From an uncultured bacterium (GTDB lineage Bacteria; Chloroflexota; UBA5177; JANWHV01): a stretch of 64,000 bases of DNA. The stretch lies in NCBI GenBank assembly GCA_963827235.1, contig CAWHAE010000012.1:320001-384000 (forward strand). Reading direction: 5' to 3'. The notes beneath the pieces were generated by a model that was not told the origin of the DNA, ran no database searches, and saw only the letters and a program-made list of their open reading frames with translations. Numbering within the stretch: the first letter of the stretch is position 1; each line of letters begins with the position of its first letter. Below are positions 27,978 through 37,112 of this stretch, one piece after another. The translations under genes and the position numbers were made by a program.

Positions 27978-29312
27978 TCACTCGTCGAGATCGGCGCCCC
28001 AGTAGCGTGCGTACGCCTCGTCGTCCGACATCGGACGCGTGCTCGCCGAATGGCCCGATCCGCGCCAGTACTGTGCGCCGTTGTCGGATCGCTCGAGCCA
28101 GTGTGCGTCGACCAGGTCGCGGCGCACCGTCACGTGGTCGCGTACGTAGGGCGGCACGTGCTGCACGAGGAGCGCGTTGACCTCCTTCTCGCCGTAAACC
28201 TGGCTGGGGGAGAATCTGTCGGACAGGTAGCCGAGCAGCTCGCGCCGGTCGGCCTCTCCCGCCGGCCAGAGTCTCACACAGCCTTTGGCGTCCAGGAACC
28301 GTGCCAGGCCCTGCGGGTGTGCCGCCGCCTCGTTCTGGGCGTCGCCCGGCGCCGGCACCGCTAGAATGGCCCGGCCGAGGGCGGCGAGCGTGAAGTCGAG
28401 CTGGGCAGGCACAAGCCTGTAGCGCTTCCTGCCGTCTTTGTCTCGCCGCTCCTGCAGGAACGGTCTGAGCGACTTCAGATAGCGCGAGACGTTCGGCTGG
28501 CTGGTATCCAGCCGGTCCATCAGATCCTGCAGCGCGATGTCGTCGCGCTCGGCCACCGCGGCCAGAGTGCGCAGGCGCGCGGGCTCCGCCAAGGCGCTCA
28601 GACGGCCGACGAGCTCACCCTGGGAGACGCGGCCGGTCCGCAGCAGCAGGTCCTCGTGCAAGGCTGCGTCGAAGAACAGGTACAGGGATGTCCCGGCCTG
28701 CAAACGGACCGTGTGGCGGCCTGTATGCGGAGAGGGAACGAACACCACCACCCGCGTGTCCAGCCCGTATCCACTCGGCCGCGCGATCGAGCGCTGCAGA
28801 TTCTCCATGATCGTGGCCGGCGGTACACCGGAGCCGGGTGCCGAGTTGACCAGGTAGCCGGCCTGTGCCTGCAGGCGCCGCTCCACGCGCGCCCACTCGG
28901 ACGACAGGTAGCGTTCCCACAGCTCGGTCAGGTGCGCGACGACGGCGGCTTGCAGGCGAGCCGGTTCGCGCAGGAGCGCCGTCGCTGCTTCCGATGCCTG
29001 TTCCGCCCGTGCCGCGCCAATGCGCCCGCGCAGGTCGGCGGGGTCGGCGGCTCTCAGTGCCGCCAGGTACGATGGGAACTCCTGCTCCGGGCCGCCGGCC
29101 AGCAGCGCTTCGCCCAGCTCGTCGAACACCACGCGGTTGAGCCGGATCTGGGGCACGCTGAGCGCCGTCGCGGTCTGCCTCACCCACTCGCCGGCCGCCG
29201 GCATCTCGTCAAGCGCGTGCAGCAGTGAGAGACTGTTCAGCGCATTGTAGGCGGGCGCCAGGCGTACCGCTCCCTCCGGTATGTCAGCCGCCGCCCGGAA
29301 TACACCGGCCAT
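27978..29312 (-). CDS. ArsR-type HTH regulator with a C-terminal DUF2087 domain
   Basis: ALAEPARLRTL..L..SQPNVSRYL HTH; C-terminal FLD..G....WP..F...Y.EKEVN..L..D.VT.RR.LVD..L.R; GAGGAGG RBS. Confidence 0.75.
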   Translation of the reverse strand: MAGVFRAAADIPEGAVRLAPAYNALNSLSLLHALDEMPAAGEWVRQTATALSVPQIRLNRVVFDELGEALLAGGPEQEFPSYLAALRAADPADLRGRIGAARAEQASEAATALLREPARLQAAVVAHLTELWERYLSSEWARVERRLQAQAGYLVNSAPGSGVPPATIMENLQRSIARPSGYGLDTRVVVFVPSPHTGRHTVRLQAGTSLYLFFDAALHEDLLLRTGRVSQGELVGRLSALAEPARLRTLAAVAERDDIALQDLMDRLDTSQPNVSRYLKSLRPFLQERRDKDGRKRYRLVPAQLDFTLAALGRAILAVPAPGDAQNEAAAHPQGLARFLDAKGCVRLWPAGEADRRELLGYLSDRFSPSQVYGEKEVNALLVQHVPPYVRDHVTVRRDLVDAHWLERSDNGAQYWRGSGHSASTRPMSDDEAYARYWGADLDE

Positions 29313-29334
29313 CGGTCACCTCCTCGTATTTCCT

Positions 29335-29354
29335 ATATGCACATATGTGTATGT
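29335..29354. promoter_or_regulatory. Imperfect palindrome ATATGCACATATGTGTATGT; putative autoregulatory operator
   Basis: Perfect core CACATATGTG (29340-29349), about 25 nt upstream of the regulator's start. Confidence 0.5.
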
Positions 29355-29416
29355 CTAGCAGGTTCAGTGTATGTGCTGTCGCGCCAACGGTCAACCACCG
29401 GCTGCCGCCCGGGTTA

Positions 29417-29516
29417 ACCTGAAATCTGTGATCCGGCGCTTCGGTCCGCCGATCCTGGGACCGCGGTCGTCCCGGCCGCCTCCGCACGTGCCTGGCACGG
29501 CTTCCATCGCCGTGAG
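29417..29516 (+). repeat. Dispersed repeat family A, copy 2
   Basis: acctgaaatctgtgatccggcgcttcggt...gccgcctccgcacgtgcctggcacggcttccatcgccgtga. Confidence 0.8.
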
Positions 29517-30068
29517 GCGCCGGACCCCTACTGCCTGGTATGCGCGCCGGGCACCGCGTCCTTCCAGGCACCGCTCCCGCGGCGACCACACGGCATTCGG
29601 GTGATCGCTTTGCGCCGAATGCCGTCCCGCACCACGGTCCGCGGCCAGGGGAGCACCTGCCCGCGGACTGCCTCCTTCCGCGACCTGCCGCGACGGGTGC
29701 ATGCCCAGCCCGAGGCCGAGCAGATCTGGGCGGACCGATTCAACGTACGCAGAGTCCGCGGGCGGCACCGCTCGTGCGCTGCCCGTGCCGCCGGCTCCAC
29801 GCCACGCGTCACGGTCGTCCGCTCTCCCGCCTCGCCACCCTCCGCCCGCCGGCAGCGGCGCCCCGATCCTTCCCAATCTGACCTGCAGAGCCCGCAAGGG
29901 ACGTGGTATGCTCAGGAGTGCGTACAGCTCAGCTCGCGCGGGACTGGTTGGGGCGCCTGGATCGAACGCCGAATCCCTGGACCACGTCTCGCGCGTGCTC
30001 CTCGTCCGCCACCCTCCCATATCCGCTGGTGTCGTCAACGCTCGTCGTGCATGGAGTAACAGGGTACC

Positions 30069-31421
30069 GTGGGTAGCGGCGGACGCCACAGGTCGTTTGA
30101 GGCGTGGATCCTGCCAATGTGGCAGGCGGACGAGACGACAAGGCTCAACGTACGTTGGCTCTGCCGAGAGGTCGCTTGGGCCGGAGTGGGCGGCGGCATC
30201 GTCGTCAGTTTCCTCTCCATCTTCGCTCTCCGGCTGGGAGCCAGCGCTACCGAAGTCGGGCTGCTAACCACCGGGCCGGCCCTTGCCGGTATCATCTGCC
30301 CTCTGCCTTCCGCCCGCATAGTCAGCCGCCGCTGGGGCAAGCGCATCGTCGTGCTGCCGCTCGCCCTCAACCGCCTGCTGTACGCGGTCCTGGTGTGCGT
30401 GCCCATGGCCCCGTCTTCCATGCAGGTGCCGCTCCTCGTGGCCGCCGTCACGCTGGCCTCCGTCCCCGGCGCCCTCTTCACTACCGCGTTCGTGCCCCTG
30501 CTGGCCAAGGTCTTGCCCACCGAGATACGCGCGCACGTGGTCGGCGTGCGCAGCACGCTCAGCGGTCTCACGAGCACTCTCACCGTGCTCGTCGTGGGTA
30601 AGTTCCTCGACGTGTTGCGCTTCCCGCTCAACTTCCAGATCGCCTTCATCGTGGGGTTGATCACGACACAGATGAGCACGGCCCTGATCTCCCGCATCAC
30701 CGTGCCGGCCCTGAACGAGACACCGGCCGCGGCGCCCCGGTCGGCCGGCGCGTGGTCGCGGGCGAACCCGGAGGCGCGGCAGGAGCGGGCCGCTTTCTGG
30801 CGCTTCACCGTCGGTGCCTTCGTCTTCAATCTGGGCATATTCGTGCCCTCGGCGCTCTATCCAATCGTGCAGGTCGACAAGCTGCACGCCTCGAACGGTT
30901 GGATCGGCGCCATAGCCACCGCAGGCGGTTTGGCGGGCGTGATATGCTCGTCGTTGGCGGCCCGTGCCGTCACCCGGTACGGCAACCGCATGGTGCTGGT
31001 CGTGAGCGGCCTGGCCTACAGCGCCATGCCCATTGGCGCCGCCCTCGCACCCTCCGTTATGGTCTACATGTTCGTGGCCGCGGCCATGGGCGGTCTCGGC
31101 GCCTTTATCGGTATATCGCTCTTCCAGTGCCTACTCGACGCCGCGCCCGTGAGCCGCCAGACGCACTACACCGCGACGTATTCGATGGTCGTCAACGGGG
31201 CGGTTGCCGGCGGACCGTTGCTGGGCACCTTCTTGCTGGGCCTGTCCGGGCTCACGCTTGCCTTCGCCGTGGGCGCCGCCCTTATCTTCCTGGGCAGCCT
31301 CGGCCTCCTGGCGTCCGACCCCAACCGGCGCACTCGCCCGCCCGTCCGCCCGGTCCGCGGCCCGGCGCACCGCCCCGCAAGCCGGCATCCCGGCAAACGA
31401 GCGCCGGGCCGAGCCGGGTAG
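30069..31421 (+). CDS. MFS transporter
   Basis: About 12 hydrophobic segments; 'LGASATEVGLL' and 'RYGNR' MFS-like loops. Start uncertain. Confidence 0.8.
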   Translation: MGSGGRHRSFEAWILPMWQADETTRLNVRWLCREVAWAGVGGGIVVSFLSIFALRLGASATEVGLLTTGPALAGIICPLPSARIVSRRWGKRIVVLPLALNRLLYAVLVCVPMAPSSMQVPLLVAAVTLASVPGALFTTAFVPLLAKVLPTEIRAHVVGVRSTLSGLTSTLTVLVVGKFLDVLRFPLNFQIAFIVGLITTQMSTALISRITVPALNETPAAAPRSAGAWSRANPEARQERAAFWRFTVGAFVFNLGIFVPSALYPIVQVDKLHASNGWIGAIATAGGLAGVICSSLAARAVTRYGNRMVLVVSGLAYSAMPIGAALAPSVMVYMFVAAAMGGLGAFIGISLFQCLLDAAPVSRQTHYTATYSMVVNGAVAGGPLLGTFLLGLSGLTLAFAVGAALIFLGSLGLLASDPNRRTRPPVRPVRGPAHRPASRHPGKRAPGRAG

Positions 31422-31464
31422 AGGCTTGTCACTTCGTCCACAAATCAGCCGCCCCATGTGTTCC

Positions 31465-31514
31465 TTGACCTCGCCGGAATCCGTGCTACGATGGTGATAC
31501 TCGAACATATGTTC
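31465..31514 (+). promoter_or_regulatory. Sigma70-type promoter with a LexA (SOS) box GAAC-ATAT-GTTC
   Basis: TTGACC (31465-70), 16-nt spacer, TGcTACGAT (31484-92), and the perfect palindrome GAACATATGTTC at 31503-31514 just downstream of the expected +1. Confidence 0.75.
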
Positions 31515-31538
31515 CATGAGCGAAAGCGAGGTCACCCC

Positions 31539-32511
31539 ATGCTCGACAGGCTGGCCGCTCCCACCACCGCTCGCCACCACACCGGTCCCCGCACCGCCCA
31601 GGGCAAAGCCGTCTCCAGCCGCAACGCCTGCACCCACGGTCTGCTCAGCCCCGACCCCGTCGCCACCCCCTACGAGCAGCCCGAGGCCTGGCTCGCCTAT
31701 CGCGACGCCATCGTGCGCGACCTCGCGCCCCACGGCGACCTGGAGACCATCCTGGCCGAGCGCATCGCCCTGCTGCACTGGCGGCAGGCGCGCATCGCCC
31801 GCCACGAGTGCGCCCTGATCACCCAGGACCAGGTGCGGCTCTCCCGGGAGCAGGCCGAGCGGCGCTTCGCCGTGCGCGAGGACCGCCCCTCCACCATGGC
31901 GGAGCTGGATGCCGAGCGGCGGTCCTGCAACGACCGCCTGGCGCTGCTGGAGCGCTGGGCGGTGCTGGAGCCGGAGGACGTGCTTACCGTGGCGGCGGTG
32001 CACAGTCTGCTGGAGGCGATGCTCGCCCCGCTGGGGCCGCAGGAGGCCACGGTACCGCTGCTGCTGGACGCGACGGCGACGGAGAGCCTGGAGCAGTACT
32101 GTGGGCGGCAGCGCTGGACCCGGTCGCTGGTGGAGGCGGCGCTGGAACCGATCTGCGCGGTTGGCACCAGCGTGGCGACGATGCACGCCGTGGCGGTGCG
32201 GCGGGCGGGGGAGGCGGTGTCGGCGCTGGCCCGAGCCCGGTCCGACCAGGGAGATCGGCGTGGTGGCGGCCACGCACGGGCTGGCCGACCTGCGGGTGCT
32301 GGAGCGGCTGGCGCGCTACGAAGCGCACCTCTCGCGGGAGATGCAGCGCACCAGGCGCGAGTTGGCGGAGGTCCGTGCCGAGCGCCGTGCGGCAGAGCAC
32401 AGCGAAATTGCGAAACGAATTCGCGCCCTGAGGCACTGCCGCACCCGCCGGCGCTGCCGTCATCCGCGCGGCAGAGCACCACGAAAATTGCGAAACGAAT
32501 TCGCGCTCTGA
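31539..32511 (+). pseudogene. Uncharacterised 'TGPRT..GKA.SS.NA..HGL' family protein, split by a +1 frameshift near 32250 (possibly an assembly error)
   Basis: The N-half in ORF 31458..32564 reads TGPRTAQGKAVSSRNACTHGLL..L.P.G.LE..LAERIA..WR..R. The C-terminal LERLARYEAHLSREMQR..EL lies in the next frame. Deleting one G at 32249-51 fuses them into about 323 aa. Confidence 0.7.
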
Positions 32512-32531
32512 GGGCACTGCCGCACCCGCCG
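32405..32531 (+). repeat. Two direct repeats, period 80 bp (aaattgcgaaacgaattcgcgc..gcactgccgcacccgccg)
   Basis: Copies start at 32405 and 32485; each contains the inverted repeat GCGAA-N5-TTCGC. Confidence 0.85.
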
Positions 32532-32541
32532 CTCCCCTCGC

Positions 32542-32716
32542 ACCACACCCGCGACCCACTGTAGTGGGTACCCCGGCCGGCCCGTCCCTGCCATGCTGCC
32601 GCAACTGCAGGCTACTGTTCCCGCTCCCGCCCTACCACACCCGCGACCCACTGCAGCGGGTACCCCGGCCGGCATCGTCCCTGCCATGCTGCCGCAGCTG
32701 CAGGCTACTATTCCCG
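32542..32716 (+). repeat. Two direct repeats, period 92 bp (repeat family B)
   Basis: accacacccgcgacccactg..gggtaccccggccggc..gtccctgccatgctgccgca.ctgcaggctact at 32542 and 32634. Confidence 0.88.
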
Positions 32717-32786
32717 TATCCCCTCGCCCGCGCCCGGTACGCCGTATGATCACATCAGTCGTCACAAGAGCGTTGGGGAAGGCTGA

Positions 32787-33758
32787 GTGGGTATACAAGA
32801 CAAGCCGTCGATCGTCGCCCTCGGTGACCTCGCCCTCGACGTGTTCGTCGCCGAGCAGGCCGGCGTGGTACCCGGCAGCGATACGCGGGGTGTCGTGCGC
32901 CTGCATCCGGGTGGCTCCGCGGCCAACCTGGCGGTCTGGGCCGCGCGACTGGGAGCGCGATCCACGTTCATCGGTAGCGTTGGCGAGGACTACGCTGGCG
33001 AGTTTCTGCGGCAGGACCTTCGGCGCGAGGGCGTAGAGGCGCATCTCCTGCGCTGCGCCCACCCCACCGCCGCAATAGCAGTACTGGTCGACGACCTCGG
33101 AGAGCGTAGCATGATCGCCGATCGCGGTGCGGCTGTACAGCTGCATGCCGGCTTCCTTGCCGCCTCGATGTTCCCGCCGGCATCGCACCTGCACCTGCCC
33201 GCCTATTCGCTGTTCGAGGAGCCGTTGGCCGGCGCGGCGATGCTGGCTGCCGATCTATGCCGTGGCAGCGGAGGCCGCGTCACCGTGGACACCTCGTCCG
33301 TGGGACCTCTGCGCGCCTACGGTAGGGAACGCTTCCTTGCCCTGCTCGATCGCCTCGGACCCGATCTTCTGTTTGCCAACGATGCCGAAGCGACCTTTCT
33401 CAGCGGATCGGACGACGCGGTGGTGGGCAGTGCCGTCCTGCTCCGCTACGCTCGCACGGTCGTCTGGAAGCTGGGCGCGCGCGGAGCCGTCGCGCGCGCA
33501 GACGCGCTCGTCCGCGGTACCGGTCTCGCGGTGCCGGCGGTCGACACCACCGGCGCCGGCGATGCCTTCGCCGCTGCCTTCACCGTGGCCGCCGCGCGCG
33601 GCCGTTCTCTGCCCGATGCGCTGTGCGCCGCCAACCGGCTGGCGGCGGCGGTCGTGCAGCAAGTAGGCGCGCGGCCGGCCATCCCCGCGGAGATCCTGTC
33701 GTCACTGAACTCCTCCGGCCTCATCAGCCCAAGCGCTGGGAGCAGCACACCTGCATGA
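32787..33758 (+). CDS. psuK: PfkB-family kinase, probable pseudouridine kinase
   Basis: PGGSAAN.A, G.VG.D, DTTGAGDAF; ATGA overlap with psuG. Confidence 0.75.
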   Translation: MGIQDKPSIVALGDLALDVFVAEQAGVVPGSDTRGVVRLHPGGSAANLAVWAARLGARSTFIGSVGEDYAGEFLRQDLRREGVEAHLLRCAHPTAAIAVLVDDLGERSMIADRGAAVQLHAGFLAASMFPPASHLHLPAYSLFEEPLAGAAMLAADLCRGSGGRVTVDTSSVGPLRAYGRERFLALLDRLGPDLLFANDAEATFLSGSDDAVVGSAVLLRYARTVVWKLGARGAVARADALVRGTGLAVPAVDTTGAGDAFAAAFTVAAARGRSLPDALCAANRLAAAVVQQVGARPAIPAEILSSLNSSGLISPSAGSSTPA

Positions 33759-34678
33759 CCACCTTGCATCCGTCCTTCGTCGTGTCGCCCGACGTTGAAG
33801 CGGCCGGGCTCGAGGGCCGGCCAATCGTCGCCCTGGAGTCGACCATCATCTCGCACGGTTTTCCCTGGCCGCAGAATCTGGAGGTAGCGCGCGAAGCGGA
33901 GGCGGCTGTGCGCGCCGAGGGCGCGGTGCCGGCGACGATCGCCATTGTCGATGGCGCCATACGCGTGGGCTTGGATGCCCGTGAGATCGAGGATCTGGCC
34001 CGCAGGAGCGGCGTGGCCAAGGTCAGTCGCCGCAATCTTAGTCTGGTGCTGGCGGCGAAAGGCTGGGGCGCTACAACGGTCGCCGCCACCATGTGGTGCA
34101 GCGCTCGCGTAGGCATTCGCGTGTTCGCCACGGGCGGTATCGGCGGCGTGCACCGCGGAGGCGCGCAGACCTTCGATATTTCCGCCGATCTCCAGGAGCT
34201 GGCGCGCACGCCGGTCATGGTAGTCTGCGCCGGGGCCAAGGCCATCCTGGACATTGGATTGACGCTCGAATACCTGGAAACGCAGGGTGTGCCGGTGATC
34301 GGCTTCGGCACCGATCGCTTCCCCGGTTTCTACGTACCGGCGACACCCTACCGCGTCGACCAGCGGATCGACGACGCGGCCACGGTCGCGCGGGCGGCCG
34401 GGCTGCACTGGTCGCTCGGCCTGGGAAGCGGCTTGCTCGTAGCCTGCCCGGTTCCCCGGGAGTCCGCGCTCGACCCGGCGATCATGCATCAGGCGATCGA
34501 GGCGGCTCTGGCTGCTGCGGAGGCCGGCGGCATCTCCGGTGCCGAGGTCACGCCGTTCCTGCTCGACGAGATACGGCGCACGACCGAGGGAGAGAGTCTC
34601 GCCACCAACATCGCGCTGATCCGCAACAACGCGACCATCGCGGCGCGGATCGCCGCTGCGTACGCCGCTCAGACGTAG
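33755..34678 (+). CDS. psuG: Pseudouridine-5'-phosphate glycosidase
   Basis: VALESTIISHG.P.P.N, KVSRR, ATTVAATM, FATGGIGGVHRG, DISADL.EL, GAK.ILD, VTPFLL. Confidence 0.95.
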   Translation: MTTLHPSFVVSPDVEAAGLEGRPIVALESTIISHGFPWPQNLEVAREAEAAVRAEGAVPATIAIVDGAIRVGLDAREIEDLARRSGVAKVSRRNLSLVLAAKGWGATTVAATMWCSARVGIRVFATGGIGGVHRGGAQTFDISADLQELARTPVMVVCAGAKAILDIGLTLEYLETQGVPVIGFGTDRFPGFYVPATPYRVDQRIDDAATVARAAGLHWSLGLGSGLLVACPVPRESALDPAIMHQAIEAALAAAEAGGISGAEVTPFLLDEIRRTTEGESLATNIALIRNNATIAARIAAAYAAQT

Positions 34679-34919
34679 CGCCGGGCTCTGCGGACCGGCC
34701 GGAGCCTGCTCTGGACGGTGCCGGTCTTCGGTCGGTCGGTCTGAGCACCGCGGTCGTCTATGCCCAATACCGTTCAGATAGGGAGGAAATGCCCGGCCGC
34801 AGAGAGGATGCGCCGCGATTCATCGCGGGGTTGCTCATGGCTGGTTAAGCGCGGAATTGATTCTGCCCGTCCTCAGCAGCTGAGTCTGTTTCCTGCTTGC
34901 CTCGACCGTATTGCGCCTA

Positions 34920-34960
34920 GGCCGCCTCCGGACATGCCTTACATGGCTTCCGCCGTCGTA
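34920..34960 (+). repeat. Dispersed repeat family A, partial copy
   Basis: gccgcctccggacatgccttacatggcttccgccgtcg. Confidence 0.55.
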
Positions 34961-35357
34961 CGCCGACGGACCGATGGTCATGGTCACCACGCCCAGTTGA
35001 TTCTTACGATGGCCCCTGCTATACCTACGCTATTCGTCTTGCCGCCGTAGTGCCTCGTCGACTTTGAGTGCTCACACACCCCGCGACAGCGGTCGCCCAA
35101 CTGCTGCAGTGTTTGTGACCCGTTGCGGCCGGTATCTGCTTGCAGGCCGCGGCCCCACCGCAATGATTGGTTATTTACAGGCTTGTAGAGCTTCGATCGA
35201 TCCACCCAGTGCGGGCCGCCGGGCGCGGGCCCTGCCAAATACCTGCTCACTGTGATACGCTAGCGCCGTTGACCGGTATTCCATTGTGCCGGCTAACGCG
35301 CTCTCTCCCCGGCCGCTACCCAGCGTTGTGTGGCCTGCAAGCCAGGCAGGAGGGCAA

Positions 35358-37112
35358 ATGCGCAGAAACGATTTGGTTATTCGCATTGCCGGCGAGAGCG
35401 GCGAAGGTGTCGTGAGCGTCGGCGATCTGGTGACGCAGGCGGCCGCGCGCGCCGGCTACTACGTGCTCACCTTCAAGACGTATCCGGCCGAGATCAAGGG
35501 CGGTCACGTCCTCTATCAACTGCGTCTCTCGGATACGCGGGTCACCTCCCACGGCGACCAGATAGATATCCTTCTGGCCTTCAATCAGGAAGCGTACGAG
35601 TCGAGCTACGACCAGCTCCGCGACGGTGGGCTGATGATCTACGACTCGGGCACGTTCACGCCGCCGGCCGACGGGCGTTGCCGCCACCAGGCGGTCCCCC
35701 TGAGCGAGATCGCGGACACGCAGCTACGGTTCAAGCTCGGCAAGAACGTAGTAGCCGTCGGCGTGGCGGCCGCGATGTTCGGCCTGGATGTAGTCGTGAT
35801 CGAGCGCCTGCTGGACGAGCGCTTTGGCCGCAAAGGCCCTGACATACTCGCCAAGAACCTGCAGGCCCTGCAGGCCGGCATCGACTACGTCGAGAAGCAT
35901 ATCGCCGACCGGCAGGATTTCCGCCTGCGCCCGGGCCGGGTCGCTCCGGGTGTGCTCGTGGTTTCCGGAAACCAGGCCCTCTGTCTGGGATCGATCGCCG
36001 CCGGCGTGCAGTGCTTCTTCGGCTATCCGATCACGCCGGCCAGCGAAGTCATGGAATTCCTCGCTGCGGAGCTTCCCAAGATCGGAGGGGTCGTGCTGCA
36101 GGCCGAGGACGAAATGGCCGCGCTCGGCATGGTGCTCGGCGCGTCGTATGCCGGCCGCAAAGCCATGACTGCCTCGTCCGGCCCGGGCATCAGCCTGATG
36201 ACCGAGTTGCTCGGCCTGGCCGCCATGGCAGAGCTCCCCTGCGTGGTGGTGGACGTGCAACGCGCCGGACCGTCCACCGGCATGCCGACCAAGCAAGAGC
36301 AGGGCGACCTCAATCTGGCCGTGTTCGGCGGCCATGGCGAGGTGCAGCGCATCGTCCTGGCCCCCACCGGCGTGGCGGACTGCTTCTACCAGGCCGTCAA
36401 CGCCTTCAATCTCTCGGAGCGCTATCAGATGCCGGTCATGTTGCTGTCCGACACCACGCTGGCCACCCGGACCGAGAGTATCGGCAGACCCGACCCTGCC
36501 GCGCTCGACATCTGGGAGCGCCTGCGCTTTGCCGGCGGCGACGTCTTCTCGTCGAACGGCGACGGCTACAGGCGCTTCCAGCCCACCCAGAGCGGCGTGT
36601 CGCCGATCAGCATTCCCGGTCAGGAAAACGGTGCTTACGTGGCCACGGGCCTGGAGCACGACGAATATGGTCGCCCGCGTTACGACCCGGTCAGCCACAG
36701 CACGATGACCGAGAAGCGCTTTCGCAAGCTTCAGACTTGCGTACAGGACGCGCCACCGGCAGACCACTATGGGCCGGACGACGCCGGCGTGGGAGTGATT
36801 ACCTGGGGCTCGACGTACGGCACAGCCGAGGAGGCGGTCAGGCTGGCTCTGGCGGACGGCCTGTCTGCCGCTTGCATGGCGCCGAAGATGCTGTGGCCCC
36901 TGCCGGACCGTCAGATCGAGCCATTTCTCAAGGGCAAGCGCCGGATCATCGTGCCGGAGGTCAATTACAGCGGCCAGTTCGCCGAGCTTCTCAAGGCACG
37001 GTACGGGTTGGCTGTGCGGAAGCTCAATACCTACGGCGGCGTGCCGTTCACGACACGGGAGATCCTGGGCGCCATAGCGGAGGCTCGCGAGGAGGTCCTG
37101 CAGAATGCTTAA
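35358..37112 (+). CDS. korA: 2-oxoacid:ferredoxin oxidoreductase alpha subunit (gamma-alpha fusion)
   Basis: IAGESGEG, YPAEIKGG, GYPITPASE, QAEDE, SSGPG.SLM.E, QRAGPSTGMPTK. Confidence 0.93.
   Translation: MRRNDLVIRIAGESGEGVVSVGDLVTQAAARAGYYVLTFKTYPAEIKGGHVLYQLRLSDTRVTSHGDQIDILLAFNQEAYESSYDQLRDGGLMIYDSGTFTPPADGRCRHQAVPLSEIADTQLRFKLGKNVVAVGVAAAMFGLDVVVIERLLDERFGRKGPDILAKNLQALQAGIDYVEKHIADRQDFRLRPGRVAPGVLVVSGNQALCLGSIAAGVQCFFGYPITPASEVMEFLAAELPKIGGVVLQAEDEMAALGMVLGASYAGRKAMTASSGPGISLMTELLGLAAMAELPCVVVDVQRAGPSTGMPTKQEQGDLNLAVFGGHGEVQRIVLAPTGVADCFYQAVNAFNLSERYQMPVMLLSDTTLATRTESIGRPDPAALDIWERLRFAGGDVFSSNGDGYRRFQPTQSGVSPISIPGQENGAYVATGLEHDEYGRPRYDPVSHSTMTEKRFRKLQTCVQDAPPADHYGPDDAGVGVITWGSTYGTAEEAVRLALADGLSAACMAPKMLWPLPDRQIEPFLKGKRRIIVPEVNYSGQFAELLKARYGLAVRKLNTYGGVPFTTREILGAIAEAREEVLQNA

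Noticed and set aside
29520-30060. ORFs in the gap between the ArsR regulator and the MFS gene
   Set aside because: No recognisable motifs, RBS or consistent codon bias.
32405-32716. Tandem repeats as a CRISPR array
   Set aside because: Only two units of each type, with periods of 80 and 92 bp, long conserved units and no cas genes.
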